Assembly: GCF_009914755.1 (NCBI RefSeq) | Contig: NC_060947.1 | Strand: one strand, 5' to 3' | Origin: the human T2T-CHM13v2.0 reference genome, Homo sapiens | Length of the DNA: 64,000 nt | Shown here: positions 13,972 through 33,729 of the stretch, piece by piece | Layout: each line of letters begins with the position of its first letter | Position numbering within the stretch: the first letter of the stretch is position 1 | Notes under the pieces: model-generated | What the model was told of the DNA's origin: nothing | The model's database searches: none | The model's input: only the letters and a program-made list of their open reading frames with translations | Translations under genes and position numbers: made by a program

Positions 13972-15034
13972 ATAACTTCCATTAATTGAGCCACTCTCCT
14001 AATTAGATTATGTTCCACACTACATGAATGATTTCAGAATAATGCCACAGTTAGGTATTTTTGTGCTCATTTAATTCTTTTAAATGAGACCCTGTTCTAA
14101 AATGGTATGTAAAAGAATTAGGACTTGATTTCAAGGTCTAAGTTTATCACTAGATGGTATTATGGATACTGGATGGTTTTTCTTGAGTTTCCCTTCCTGA
14201 GAAGCAAATCTGTTTACCAGCTACAATATAGCAGTACCTGTAGTTCATGGCCAGCCTGGCAGCACTATCTTACTACAGTACCCTTTGGAGCACTAAAGTT
14301 ACTGTTAATGACAAAGAGAAAGGATGGAGAAGAAATTCTGGATATGACAAAATGCCGAGAGGGGTTTATGGAGACTAGTGAATGTAAAAGGGAGGGACAT
14401 TGATGGCATCCGTGTCATGATGGCCACTGCACCTCAAGACAACAAGATCTTCAGGGATTTGTGAGTCCTCATGTCATAAGGGATGCAATACATTGTGTCA
14501 TCTCCTGTAACAACTGTGTCAGGTTGGCCAGAATGGCATCTCAAAGAACTATTGTACTTACTCCTGACCACAAAACAGTCCGGGGACAGGATCACCATTC
14601 TCACATGTAACAGTTTCAGCAAGATGGCACAAACAACTTATTTTACTTGCTCCCCATTACATTTTGTTAACCAGGTTTTCTCCTCTCATGGAATACTCTA
14701 TCACAATATTTCTGACTACAGCCCCAGGGTTTTTTTTTTTTTTTTTTTTTTTTGCTTCCAGCTTTTGGTAACAGGTTTCTAAGCCAACCAAGTTTGCTTT
14801 CCTGTCTGTAGTCTAATAGCCAAACAGACCATAAGAATCATGTCCCTGAAGAGTGTCTACATGGCCTATTTTGCTACTCAATTCATGTTCAGTAACTCAT
14901 TGAGCTCATTATCCCAGGTATGGCTAGTTTATACCTAGTTCATACATCAATTTAGGCTAGAAGCCATACCTGGTATTAACTCTTTGTTACTTTTTGAGAC
15001 ATACTTCACCACATATTGTAATGTAATTATTACA

Positions 15035-15280
15035 ACTGTTTCATGGATGCTTGAAAATAATGCATAGTATATAATTGTTGGGTTTAGGGCTGTGTACTCA
15101 TGAAATCAAGTATTTTTATTATGTTGTTTGAAACTTCTAAATTCTTATTAAATTATTGGCTGTTTGAGCTATCAATTGCTGAGAGACGTGTTAAAATATA
15201 TCTTTTAATGACTTTGCTTATTTCTGCTTGTACTTTTTTCAATTTTTGCTTTATATATCTTGAAGCTGTATTACTACAAG
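15035..15280 (-). mobile_element. Ancient L1M fragment (endonuclease region)
   Basis: 'tatcaattgctgagagacgtgttaaaat..tttgctttatatatcttgaagctgtatta' resembles antisense L1M ORF2. Confidence 0.55.
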
Positions 15281-15832
15281 GTGTCTGGGACAAGACTTAA
15301 TCTGGGAAGGCATCCCGAGGTCACCGTTGCACTTTCTCCTGACCATAGAACATATCCTGTTAACATGATTAATAGAGATGTCCTCTTTAACATCCTGCTT
15401 TCACATTAAGCAGCCTTATACGAGGATATGAGTCATCTCCTGTAATTATCATGAACCACACCTGTCACAAGAAACACCTTTATTATCCAGATTTTATATT
15501 TTTATAGCAAACTAACTTACATGATTTCTCACTGTAGCCCTATTTGTCCTCCCAGCTTTTAATGACCAGCTTCGACATTTTTCAAATTGCCTTTCTCATA
15601 TAGTCTGACAGCCACCAAGACCATGTAATCCATTTTCTTAGGTAGTATGTACATGGTTTAACCAACTGCAAATAGCAGTACTCATCTAACTACCTTGCTA
15701 CTGACAAACTCATGTTTGATAACTCACTGCCTTCCTCTACCCTGTCTCCTACCAATTATAATTTTTACCTTCTCCACACTCCTTGGATACCTTGTGTTAT
15801 AGATGCCTTAGCCTTTTAATCAGGATTAGTGA

Positions 15833-16307
<475 letters not shown>

Positions 16308-16631
16308 TGATATAGCTCTTAAAGTCCACCAACCCTCCCTTTTTATTTCCTGCCTTTTGTTCTTGACTGATTCCTCTCTCCTTTGTTTTAACAGCCAACT
16401 ATTTTGAGTCTATCCGAAATAAGGTAAAGGCAAACACATATTCTGATAACTTTGCCTAGGCTGGTTTCCTTGCCTGGCAATATGAAAAGCTCCAGGTGAC
16501 AGTTTTATCTCCTGCTGTTTTGTGATACAGAAGCAGTTGGCTTTTGCAATATTGGGAGGAGTCAATTCCTGGTCTCTACAAGTATCTAAGTCTGAGTGGT
16601 TGAGTAGTGAGTATTTATCTTATTTTATAGT

Positions 16632-16953
16632 TATGTATGTATATATGTATCTATGTATTTATTTGAGGTAGAATCTTGATCTGTCACCCAGGTTAGAGTG
16701 TAGTGGCACGGTCGTGGCTCACTGTAGCTAGCCTTGGCCTCCCAGCCTCGAGCAACCCTCCTGCCTCAGCCTCCCTAATAGCTGAGACTACAGGTATGTG
16801 CCAACACTCCAGGCTAATTTAAAACTTTTCTTTTGTAGAAATGGAGTTTCACCATATTGCCCAGACTTGTCTCAATCTTCTGGAGTCAAGCAAACCGCCT
16901 GCCTCAGCCTCCGAAACTGCCGAGGTTACTGGTTTGAGCCACCACATCCAGCC
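16632..16953 (-). mobile_element. Alu (AluJ-like) with (TATG)n-derived tail
   Basis: Diverged dimeric Alu; TAGTTA on both flanks. Confidence 0.9.
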
Positions 16954-17044
16954 TAGTTACCTTATTTAAAACAATAAAAAATAACCCTAAAAAACAAAGT
17001 ATTCACATATTACACATTTTAATGGGTTTTTAAATTGAAAGGCA

Positions 17045-17420
<376 letters not shown>

Positions 17421-18015
17421 TTACTCAAATGCTTCCTCAAGTAAAAGACCAGTTGGGTCTCTTGGATTTATTCTTGTCTATTTATTATGAACCAATTTGG
17501 CCATCAACTTGAGTCTATACCTCTATGCTACTCTACTGACCTCCTGGTAATGCCCCTGCATTTACTAACATTCGGCATACATGTGGATGATTTATCTTAC
17601 ATTCAGAGTTCTGTATTACATGGAGACTGCTGCCTTTGAAAAACCATGTCCTCCAGCTTTAGTAGTTCCCTAAAAACTTCCCTCCATCTCCCTGTTTGAT
17701 TGGTTCTTCCACTCCCCTGAGTTGCTATTCAGAGCAAGCAACTTGTTAAAGACAAGACTTTAACATATTCCCTCTTGTGCTGAGCTGCCCTCTTACACTT
17801 TATGGAGAAAACAGAAGGTGTCTGGAGGGAACACCACAATTTCCTACTTTTGCTATCTCTCTTCATTCATGAAGTTTCTCTGGAGATAGAGCTAGCACAT
17901 CCTCCAGGACGGTATTTTGCATAAGGCCAGTTACTCTGTACTCTTAAGTTTCTCTAAACTGAAAATAATTTTTGAAGTGCCTGGGTTTCCTAAAACATTA
18001 AAAATAAGACCCATT

Positions 18016-18870
<855 letters not shown>

Positions 18871-18889
18871 TTTTTTTTTTAAAGTCCCT

Positions 18890-20085
18890 AGACCTCATGT
18901 TTCTTTCTAGCTGCACCTGTTTTGGAAGAACTTTCCATGATCACTAACATCTCTTCTTTATCTCCCACTCCCTCTTCAACCCACTACCATCTGACTTCTG
19001 CCCTTGTTCAGGTTGTCAATGACCATTCCACTAAACCTGCTCTTGCTAAGGTTGTCAACCTCCCTATATTTTTATGCTTAGTATACTCAACTGAGAGTAC
19101 TGGGGTCTGCTCACCACTTATTTCTAGAAGCTCTTACATCCTTTGGTTTCTGTGAGGCTCTGCCTTGTTCTTTGACAGACAATCGACAACTTTTTTTTTT
19201 TGCTGCCTTTTTTCCTTCATAAATGCTTGACCTGCTGCTTTTTATGTCTTTACAGTACTTTAGAGATTTCTTATGAAAGCTCAACTAAACCTGAAGTACC
19301 AACTATCAAATTTATCTCTGATCAGAACTCCCTCTGCCTGGTCAATTCTATCTGAATGACCCATAGGCTCTTATAACTTAACTTCTCAAATTAAACTCAT
19401 CATTTCTCCTCTGTGTTCCCTTGCTCAACGATATTTATGCCCAAATCCTATTCTGAAATCTGGGAGTCATACTAGAATCCAAATTCCCCTTTATCCTCTA
19501 CATGAAATTAGTCAAAAAGTTCTATTGATTCTAAGCCCCATTAATTCTCAAAATTCATCTCAACTGCCACTGCTTTAGTTTAGATTTTCATCACCCACTG
19601 CCTTCAAACTGGTGTCTCTGTCTCCAATTTTGTCTTCCTCAAATTAATCTTCTATGTTGTGTTAGAGTGATCATAAAAGTTAAATCTGACCATGAAGCTG
19701 GCCTACTTAAAAATCTTCAGTAGCTTACTGTTGCTCTAAGGGTAAACTCTCTACTCTTTAACATTCAGCATACCAAAGGCCCTGTGCTCCCTCAAATGAT
19801 TATAGATGACTCCACTTTGGATTCAGCTATACTGCTTTTGTAATTCCCAGCAAGGTGCCACTAATGGCTTTGTTTGTGCTATTCCCTCTGCCTGGACTGT
19901 CTTTCCCTGTCTGCTTGGCTAAGCTCCCCTTCATGATTCAGCTTAGGTATCCCCCATTCATGCTCCCACATCATCCGATGCTATGCTGTGAGCACTACTG
20001 TATCCGGTCCCTCACTATATCTAGTTGTTCCAAGGCAGGGACTAAATTCTTCATTCCTGCACTCTGCGCCCTAGCACCATGCATT
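18890..20085 (+). mobile_element. Degenerate L2 LINE fragments
   Basis: L2-like motifs 'cattccactaaacctgctcttgctaagg', 'aaatctgaccatg', 'gctattccctctgcctgga'; boundaries approximate. Confidence 0.6.
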
Positions 20086-20116
20086 TTCGTGAATCACTCC
20101 CTGGTTTGGGGTACTG

Positions 20117-20480
20117 GTGTGTATGTGTATGCGCATGTGCGTATATGCGCATATGAATGGAGAGTAAATTTGAATTTTTGCTGGGCACACGGCGCAGTGA
20201 AGACAAGAAAGGGGCACTATTTTAACACAACCTTTTCCCGTGATCACCACCGAAAATTACTGACGAGTCAATCACCTCAGATCTCTCAAGCAGTCCAGCC
20301 TACGCAACAGTACTCCACCTCTGCGCCTGTGCGGGGAGGGTAAGGCGGGGCCAGCAACTTCCTCAGCTGGAGGGAGAGCGCACGGTGGAGCCGCCAGTTG
20401 AGAAGGACTCTGATCCGGCTCAGCTTTCCAATCAGCTGCGGAAGGAGCCACGCTTTCGGGGGTTGCAAGATGGCGGCCAC
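20117..20480 (+). promoter_or_regulatory. PBDC1 CpG-rich promoter / 5'UTR
   Basis: Local CpG enrichment; NRF1-like TGCGCATGTGCG at 20130; GC box GGCGGGG at 20344; CCAATCAG at 20428; YY1 motif CAAGATGGCGGC at 20466-20477 overlapping the ATG. The TSS cannot be placed from sequence. Confidence 0.8.
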
Positions 20481-20499
20481 CAGTGGAACTGATGAGCCG
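20470..20499 (+). CDS. PBDC1: PBDC1 coding exon 1 (MAATSGTDEP)
   Basis: aagATGg Kozak context; donor GTGAGA at 20500; matches the recalled PBDC1 N-terminus. Confidence 0.95.
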
Positions 20500-20503
20500 G
20501 TGA

Positions 20504-21058
<555 letters not shown>

Positions 21059-21170
21059 TAACTTCACGTCCTGATAATCTACTGCAGACCCTCTCCACTT
21101 ACACCAGAAACTGCACCTTCGTTCAGTTCGTTTTAATCTTGGTCCACAAACGCAGGACTAACGCCTGTGG

Positions 21171-21360
21171 AAGTGGTTCCCCAAGTTGGCCACGCTTTAG
21201 AATTACTGGGGAGCTTTTAAACATCCCGCTGCCTAGATTGCAGTTCATACCACCTAAATCAGAATGTCTGGGTAATGAGAGCCAAGAATCAGTATTTTTA
21301 AAGGGTCTCTGAGGGATTCCATTGTGCAGCTTATGGTGTGTCTGGTTTAGAAAATTACTG
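21171..21360. mobile_element. MER5-like hAT-Charlie DNA transposon
   Basis: 'agtggttccc..gggagcttttaaa..aaatcagaatgtctggg..gtatttttaaa..ttactg' resembles MER5A/B. Confidence 0.7.
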
Positions 21361-22220
21361 AGAAAGTATATGAGGTATTTTCCAAAACAAGACAAGAGGA
21401 TGTGAGAATAGTAAAAACACCCAAATAAGAGTGTGATACATATAATGAGTGGGTCAGGCCATAAGATCCAAATAATTTAGCTGAAGGAGAAATCCCTAAG
21501 GGGCCAAGGCAGTGGAAGACTTGACTGAGGAAATGGAGCTTTACCTGTATCCTCAAAGTGTAGGTGGACAAAGGACATGGATTGGTACGTGGGAAAAGTG
21601 CATGGTCTAAGGCATGGAGGTAACAAATGCAAATGGCTTTTTCTGGAGTCAGTGAAATAGCTCGGTCTCGTTGGAATGGGAGATTCCAGTGGAACCTCCA
21701 GTGGGGTGCTTGGTAAGACTTATTATAACCTTGACCTGTTTCATGTGCTAATTCATTTCTAGGTGTTACAGTATGGGGAATTGGCTGTTTGGTAAACAAA
21801 AATGATTATGACATGCTTCAGTCTTAAAAGTGAAAAGTAATTTTCATTTTGATTCTTTGTTCTCCCAACAACTCAGTGGAATTGATGGGTATATTATTTC
21901 AGTTTTACAATGATTTAACTCAATCCTGAGAAGGTGATTTATCTCCTGCTTTATTTAGTCTCCCAGCTTTCACTAGCAGCTGGGAAAAGATAGCCGGTGG
22001 CTCATTGTGTTCATTATACTGTGTAGGTAGCTTTTTTTGGTTGTCATACAGACAAAATAATTATTGTCCAAATTTATTACTCCAGTTTTTATCATTTGAC
22101 AGTAACATCAAGTTTGGTAGCCCTCTTGAGCATTAACTAGACATCCACATACTTCCTTAATTTGCTATTCAGTAGTAGGATGGGGAGATTTATGACCTGG
22201 CATTCTTCACTCCTTTGCAG

Positions 22221-22280
22221 CCTGACATTGAGATGGCTTGGGCCATGAGAGCAATGCAGCATGCTGAAGTCTATTACAAG
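22221..22280 (+). CDS. PBDC1: PBDC1 exon 3 (PDIEMAWAMRAMQHAEVYYK)
   Basis: tcctttgcag acceptor; GTGAGT donor; 60 nt, phase 0/0. Confidence 0.96.
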
Positions 22281-22803
22281 GTGAGTTGTCTTTCTTCATC
22301 ATTAAGCAGAATTAAACATGTAATTATAGTGTATGATGCTCTGCTTATCACTATTCTCAGCAAGTTAAACAGTTGTGTTTTGGAGATCGTTTTTATTAAT
22401 GTAAGTTCTTACCCACAGACAACAGAGGAGCGAAGGCAAATTTGTTTCTACAATGAGTTCTGCTGCTTTGCCCAGCGTTATAATGCTAACTGACAAAAGG
22501 GCGTCTGGCCCATACATAGTAGGCACTTAATAAATGTTTGTTGAATGAATGAACAATCCACGGAGGGCAATAGCCAGGCAGTACTGTGGTTAAGTAAGCC
22601 AACTGCCAAATTGGTGGAAGGGATTGTAATAATATATTATGGCCTTAAACTGTGTCATGATTTCATCCAGGATGTAGACTGTTGACACTTCCTGAAGAGA
22701 TCTTCTGCCCTGAGAACCATAAAGGTTTTCTGGTGGGGATGGGGAAGATAGAAGTATAGTAAATTACAGACTAGCATCTGTATGTTGTCTTACTGTTTCG
22801 CAG

Positions 22804-22944
22804 CTGATTTCATCAGTTGACCCACAGTTCCTGAAACTCACCAAAGTAGATGACCAAATTTACTCTGAGTTCCGGAAAAATTTTGAGACCCTTAGGATAG
22901 ATGTGTTGGACCCAGAAGAACTCAAGTCAGAATCAGCCAAAGAG
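22804..22944 (+). CDS. PBDC1: PBDC1 exon 4 (LISSVDPQFLKLTKVDD...ELKSESAKE)
   Basis: tttcgcag acceptor; GTAAAA donor; 141 nt, phase 0/0. Confidence 0.96.
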
Positions 22945-23372
22945 GTAAAAATTCTCTTTCTTAAATATTACTTAGCATTTAACCAACAATTTTTGATTGC
23001 GAATGTTTTTTTACATTTAAGCTCTTTTTTTGTTTGAGAAAAATATGTAAAGAACCAGAACTTCTTTTCTAGTTGTAATCAACTAAGTTAGGAAATGAAT
23101 GTTTTTCCAGTTTATGGACTTTTCATGTTGTTGAGTCTATTTTTTTCTCCTTTTTGTCTTGGACATTTTAAATCTCCACCCATCAGCCCTTTCAGAGGAG
23201 GATGGATCAGTTTATTTAGGTAGTATAGCCAGAAGGCTTGGATGGGGAGTGGCAAATAGGGTATAGGAAGGTGTTTTGATTCTCTGGATTTAAGTTCATG
23301 TGATTACAGGCCATGGGTAACTGGAAAACTTTTGTTTTTCATTGCTTATGTGATTATCCTATACTTTGATAG

Positions 23373-23808
<436 letters not shown>

Positions 23809-24212
23809 TAGCAGGCAGTTAGTGATCTTTGTCTTTGGAAAACTGTCACTACTGAATGGACTTCTTTATTAAAATCATTTGTGTTTTAGTGGGGATAGAT
23901 GACCATTTTGGGCTGAACTGACCAATAACTTCAAAACAAAACAATTGACTTAAGAAATAATATTTTAATTCTGCAGTAAAGGATTTATATATTTTTCAGA
24001 GTAAAATATTGTTCATCTTGGGAAATGGCAGTCTAAAGACACAATAGGTAGCACAGAAACGCATTGCTAGTTTCACTGTGAAACCAACAATCACCTCAAT
24101 CCCAGTCTCACTATGATTATTTTCCTTACTGGGAAAATGGAAGTCCCTCTCCTGGCCTTAGTACGTCAGCCTCTTGCATTTGTCAGCTAAAGCATCGTTT
24201 TTGCCTTTATAG

Positions 24213-24324
24213 AAGTGGAGGCCATTCTGCTTGAAGTTTAATGGGATTGTTGAAGACTTCAACTATGGTACTTTGCTGCGACTAGATTGTTCTCAGGGCT
24301 ACACTGAGGAAAACACCATCTTTG
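24213..24324 (+). CDS. PBDC1: PBDC1 exon 5 (KWRPFCLKFNGIVEDFNYGTLLRLDCSQGYTEENTIF)
   Basis: tttatag acceptor; GTGAGT donor; 112 nt, phase 0/1; conserved core of the Polysacc_synt_4/PBDC1 domain. Confidence 0.96.
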
Positions 24325-24597
24325 GTGAGTTTCTTCCCTCTGGAATTGTTTCTGTGTAAGGAGACTGAACAGTCTGGCTTTACTGATGAATCAGTGATGT
24401 GTATAGTTAGGTCACCTTATCTTGTTTCATCTTTAAAGATCTTGTTGCTATTTTTATGTAACTTGAAGATAGTTAAGTATTTTCAATCTCATTAATATGA
24501 GATTGGAATTAAAGATCTCTGAAGTTTATGACTATACTGGAATGGTTTGCATGTTATTTCAATTTTGTCAGTAGATTTCCAGCATATTTAGGGAACA

Positions 24598-24891
24598 GGC
24601 CAGGCACAGTGTCTCATGCCTTGTAATACCAGCACTTTGGGAGGCTGACATGGGAGGATCACTTGAGCTGAGGATTTTGAGACCAGCCTGGGCAACATAG
24701 GGAGACCCCATCTCTACAAAAATGTTTAAAAAATTAGCCAGGTATAGTGGTGAGTGTTTGTAGTTCCAGCTATTCAGGAGATTGAGGCAGGAGGATTGCT
24801 TGAACCAGGGAAATTGAGGCTGCAGTAAGCTGTGATTGTGCCACTGCAGTCCAGCCCTGGTCATCAGAGTGAGACCCTGTCTCAAAAAAAA
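24598..24891 (+). mobile_element. Alu (AluJ-like) in PBDC1 intron 5
   Basis: Dimeric Alu; ATTTAGGGAA duplicated on the flanks. Confidence 0.94.
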
Positions 24892-24947
24892 GAGATTTAG
24901 GGAATAAGCTGAGAGTAGGATGATAATCAATTCTGTTCACTTTTCAG

Positions 24948-25240
24948 CCCCCAGGATACAATTCTTTGCCATTGAAATTGCTCGGAACCGGGAAGGCTAT
25001 AACAAAGCTGTTTATATCAGTGTTCAGGACAAAGAAGGAGAGAAAGGAGTCAACAATGGAGGAGAAAAAAGAGCTGACAGTGGAGAAGAAGAGAACACCA
25101 AGAATGGAGGAGAGAAAGGAGCTGATAGTGGAGAAGAAAAAGAGGAAGGAATCAACAGAGAAGACAAAACTGACAAAGGAGGAGAAAAAGGGAAAGAAGC
25201 TGACAAAGAAATCAACAAAAGTGGTGAAAAAGCTATGTAA
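24948..25240 (+). CDS. PBDC1: PBDC1 exon 6 coding part (APRIQFFAIEIARNREG...SGEKAM*)
   Basis: ttttcag acceptor; 293 nt to TAA; the six exons sum to 702 nt = 233 aa. The family is orthologous to yeast Ypl225w/Chp1, an eEF1A chaperone (recall). Confidence 0.96.
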
Positions 25241-25507
25241 GGTATACAGGGAACAGCACTCTAGAAGCTATGACTCAATTGAGACTACAAGTACCACGGT
25301 GCTACTTGCACAGACCCCTTTGGTTAAATGTAAATTCTTGTACAATTGAAGGATACGCAGAAGGACATCTTTCTAGTCTAACAGTCAGGAGCTGCTCTGG
25401 TCATTCCCTTGTATGAACTGGTCTAAAGACTGTTAGTGGGGTGTTAGTTGATTTTTCCTGGTATACTGTTTCTTGGCTGACACTACTGGTCAAGTAAGAA
25501 ATTTGTA

Positions 25508-25513
25508 AATAAA
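25508..25513 (+). terminator. Probable PBDC1 polyadenylation signal
   Basis: AATAAA about 270 nt after the stop, preceded by TGTA and followed by T/GT-rich sequence. Confidence 0.75.
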
Positions 25514-25910
25514 TTTCTTTTGGTTCTTATTATCTATATCTGTGACTGACTTTAAAAAGGTATTTGACACTTGAAATTTTTTTCAAATATGTAATCTCAT
25601 CACCATGTCTTATATAAGATAATTTACTCCTGTTTCTTACTGCTTCTCACTGTTTCCTGTAGTGAAGTTCTCTAAACTTGTTAAGTTATACCTGGTGTTG
25701 GGATTAGAAGTCCTTACATAAGAATTGACTCTTAATCTCTGAGTGACTATAACTCCCTGATTTCTTTGCTATATATGACAAAATATTTGATAAATAGCAG
25801 CAACCTGAACCTGTCAAACTAGTGAATGCAGCCCAGTTCATATTAGAAGAGCAAGAGACTGGACATGCTTCAGTATTTGCTTTTCTTTTGGTAGCCAGAA
25901 TGTTACCTGA

Positions 25911-31066
<5,156 letters not shown>

Positions 31067-31917
31067 CGTCTAATGGCTTTTCAGAGTACGTGCTTCAGTT
31101 ATCTCCACATGTATATAAAAGTTTATTCATTACCTCATAGACACACTGAGCTTGACTGCTGAAACTGGTTAGAAGAAACCACAATGTTTATAGTACATAC
31201 AGTAAATACAAGGCTAACCACAGCATGATGATGCAAGAAAGGATTTACCAAAGCAGAGAAGGGGAAAATGAGGCTTTTTTTATTCCAGTGGACACAGGGA
31301 AAAAATAAAATTAAAACTAATTGACAAGTTATGCCCTAGGCAAGAGCTGAACTGTAGATGCATACATCTAGCAGCAACAATTGTGCACAAAGCAAATAGG
31401 TTTCTCCATGAATTGTCTTTGGCAAATTCTTAGAAATATTTAAAACATTTGTTACAGTCTTCGTTTTATAAAAATGTCATTTTTAAAAGGGGTAAGAGAA
31501 TGTTAAATACTTCATACTAGACAGACTTTGTTATTAAGAACTTTTACTGTATTAACTTTTTCTAGTTCATATCTTATTAAATATTAACAAAAGTGCATTC
31601 ATATACATTGCCTCAGGCTGAGGAAGAATAAAGATTATTGGCCACATACAATTGTGCCCCTGATGGCCTTTTCCAGGTAGCTCACCAGTAAGAAAATGTG
31701 CTTAATGACTTCTCTCTGATTGGTTTTAGAGAATAAGAAACATGCAGTTGAAAGTCAGAGTACTTTAAAGCAAGAGGCATCTGTCCAAAGACTGGTTGAT
31801 GAAATCTGGGGAAAGGGAGGGAAATACAAAGAATACTGTGGCTGCCCTATAAGGGAACAGGAATTCAAGGCAGTATCCAAAGTTAGAGGTAAAGGAGCGG
31901 GCAGAATGGTGCTCTGG

Positions 31918-32992
31918 TGCGGTAAGCAATTCTTAAGATGGACTTAAGGTAACCACCACTTGGCATACATGTCCTTTATAATTCCCATCTGTTTCAGTGT
32001 GGGCATGACTTGTGAATATGAAGAAATTTTATTCCTGTGATTAAGTTACTGATCATTTTATTTTGAGTTAATCAAAGGGGAGATTATCCTGAGTGGATCT
32101 TGCCTAATCAAGTGAGCTCTTAGACAAGTGGCCACAGCAGATGTTCTCATGTTGGCCTTGAGGAAGCAAACAGCCATGTTGTGAGAGGAGGGTACTTTGT
32201 GGTAAGGACATGAGAGTGGCTTTCTAGGACCTGAGATTGTTCCCTGTCCGACAGCAAGAAAACAGGATTTCACTCTTAAGTTGCAAGTAATTGAATTCTG
32301 CCAACAACCAGTGAGCTTGTAGAAGACCTCAAGCCTCAGATGAGATTGATACCATGACTTCAGCCCTGTGAGATCCTGAACAGAGGACTCAGTTAAACTG
32401 TACCTGGACTCCTGACCCATAGGACTGTGCGATAATAAATGGGTGTTGTCTTAAGCCACTAATTACATGTCAATTTGTTACAGAGCAATAGAAAACGACC
32501 ACAGACTTTGGTACTTGGAGTGGAGTGCCACTGTAACAAATGACTAAAATGTGAAAGGGGGCTTTGAAATCAGGTACTGAATTGAGGCTGGAAGAATTTT
32601 GAGGAGCATGATAGAGAAAGCCCAAATTGCCTTAAACAGACTTTCAGTAGAAATAAGGACTTTAAGGACGCTGCTGGTGAGGGCTCAGAAGGAAGTAAGG
32701 AACAGATTATTGGAAAGTAGAGGAAGGGGGACTGTAGCGTTGTAGTTAGCAGGAAATTTGAGATTTGAGTCCTTGTTCTGAATTATTTGAAAGATGTTAT
32801 TCAGACTTACCATAGTGTGCAAACAACTATTTATTCGGAATGTGGTAGCATTCCAATAAGACATCTTTTGGAGGCAGGAAAAAGGTATAGAGTAATTTTT
32901 TACACTTGCAGAAGGGAAAACTGCAGCCATATTTAAGTTTTAAGTCACAAAATTTTTGGTAATTTGTTACATCAATAATAGGAAATTAATAA
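31918..32992 (+). mobile_element. MLT1-type MaLR: LTR (31918-32503), start of internal region (to about 32760), remnant of a second LTR end (about 32930-32992)
   Basis: LTR end 'ttaagccact..tttgttacagagcaatagaaaac..aca' is followed by 'gactttggtac'; a similar LTR-end motif recurs near 32940. Confidence 0.75.
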
Positions 32993-33729
32993 AGAAGACA
33001 TGCTGAGCACTACCCCAAAAGTAGAGACATTCACTGCACTGTCATTGTTTATTTTGAAACTGTAAACACAGGGATATGTCGTACCAGAGGACTGAAGACA
33101 TAACCTGCATACAAAGTGAGCTTGAATGGTTGTAAACCATTTTTAATTTACTCTCCACAGGAACTCTATAGCTGAGTTTGTGTGTGTTGGGTGGTATTGG
33201 TATAACTGGAAGTTCTCTAAATTTACCTTTATGGACAATAGGATTCTTATTAAAGAGAATGTGCTAATTTGAAGCTGACGTATACATATTAATAAAACTC
33301 AACAGTAACTTCATCGATTGTATAGAGCTTGGACCAAGAAAATATTTTTCTGGGGAAAAGTATTTTATCATTAACATTGTTTAAAATTGCCAAAGCATGA
33401 TGAAAATTTAAGCAGACAAAGTTGGTTTTTCTGTTTTTAAATTTTCTACAGAGAATACACCTTTTTTATAGCCTGCACTCAGTGTGGACAATTCTCATTA
33501 CCCAACTTTGCTACATCATTATTGTTTTCACAAATTTGTCATTCAGATAAATAGTATCATAACTGATTGTTCAAAAATAAAGGCATGTATGTATGTTATG
33601 TAAACGGTCATTTTGCCATGCCTAAATGTTTCTATCTCTAGAATTGTGAAAACATTACGACTGTCAATACGTTGTTGGTTTCCTGAATTACACTGCTGCC
33701 ACTTGACTATATAACTGGCTAGTTTTTGA

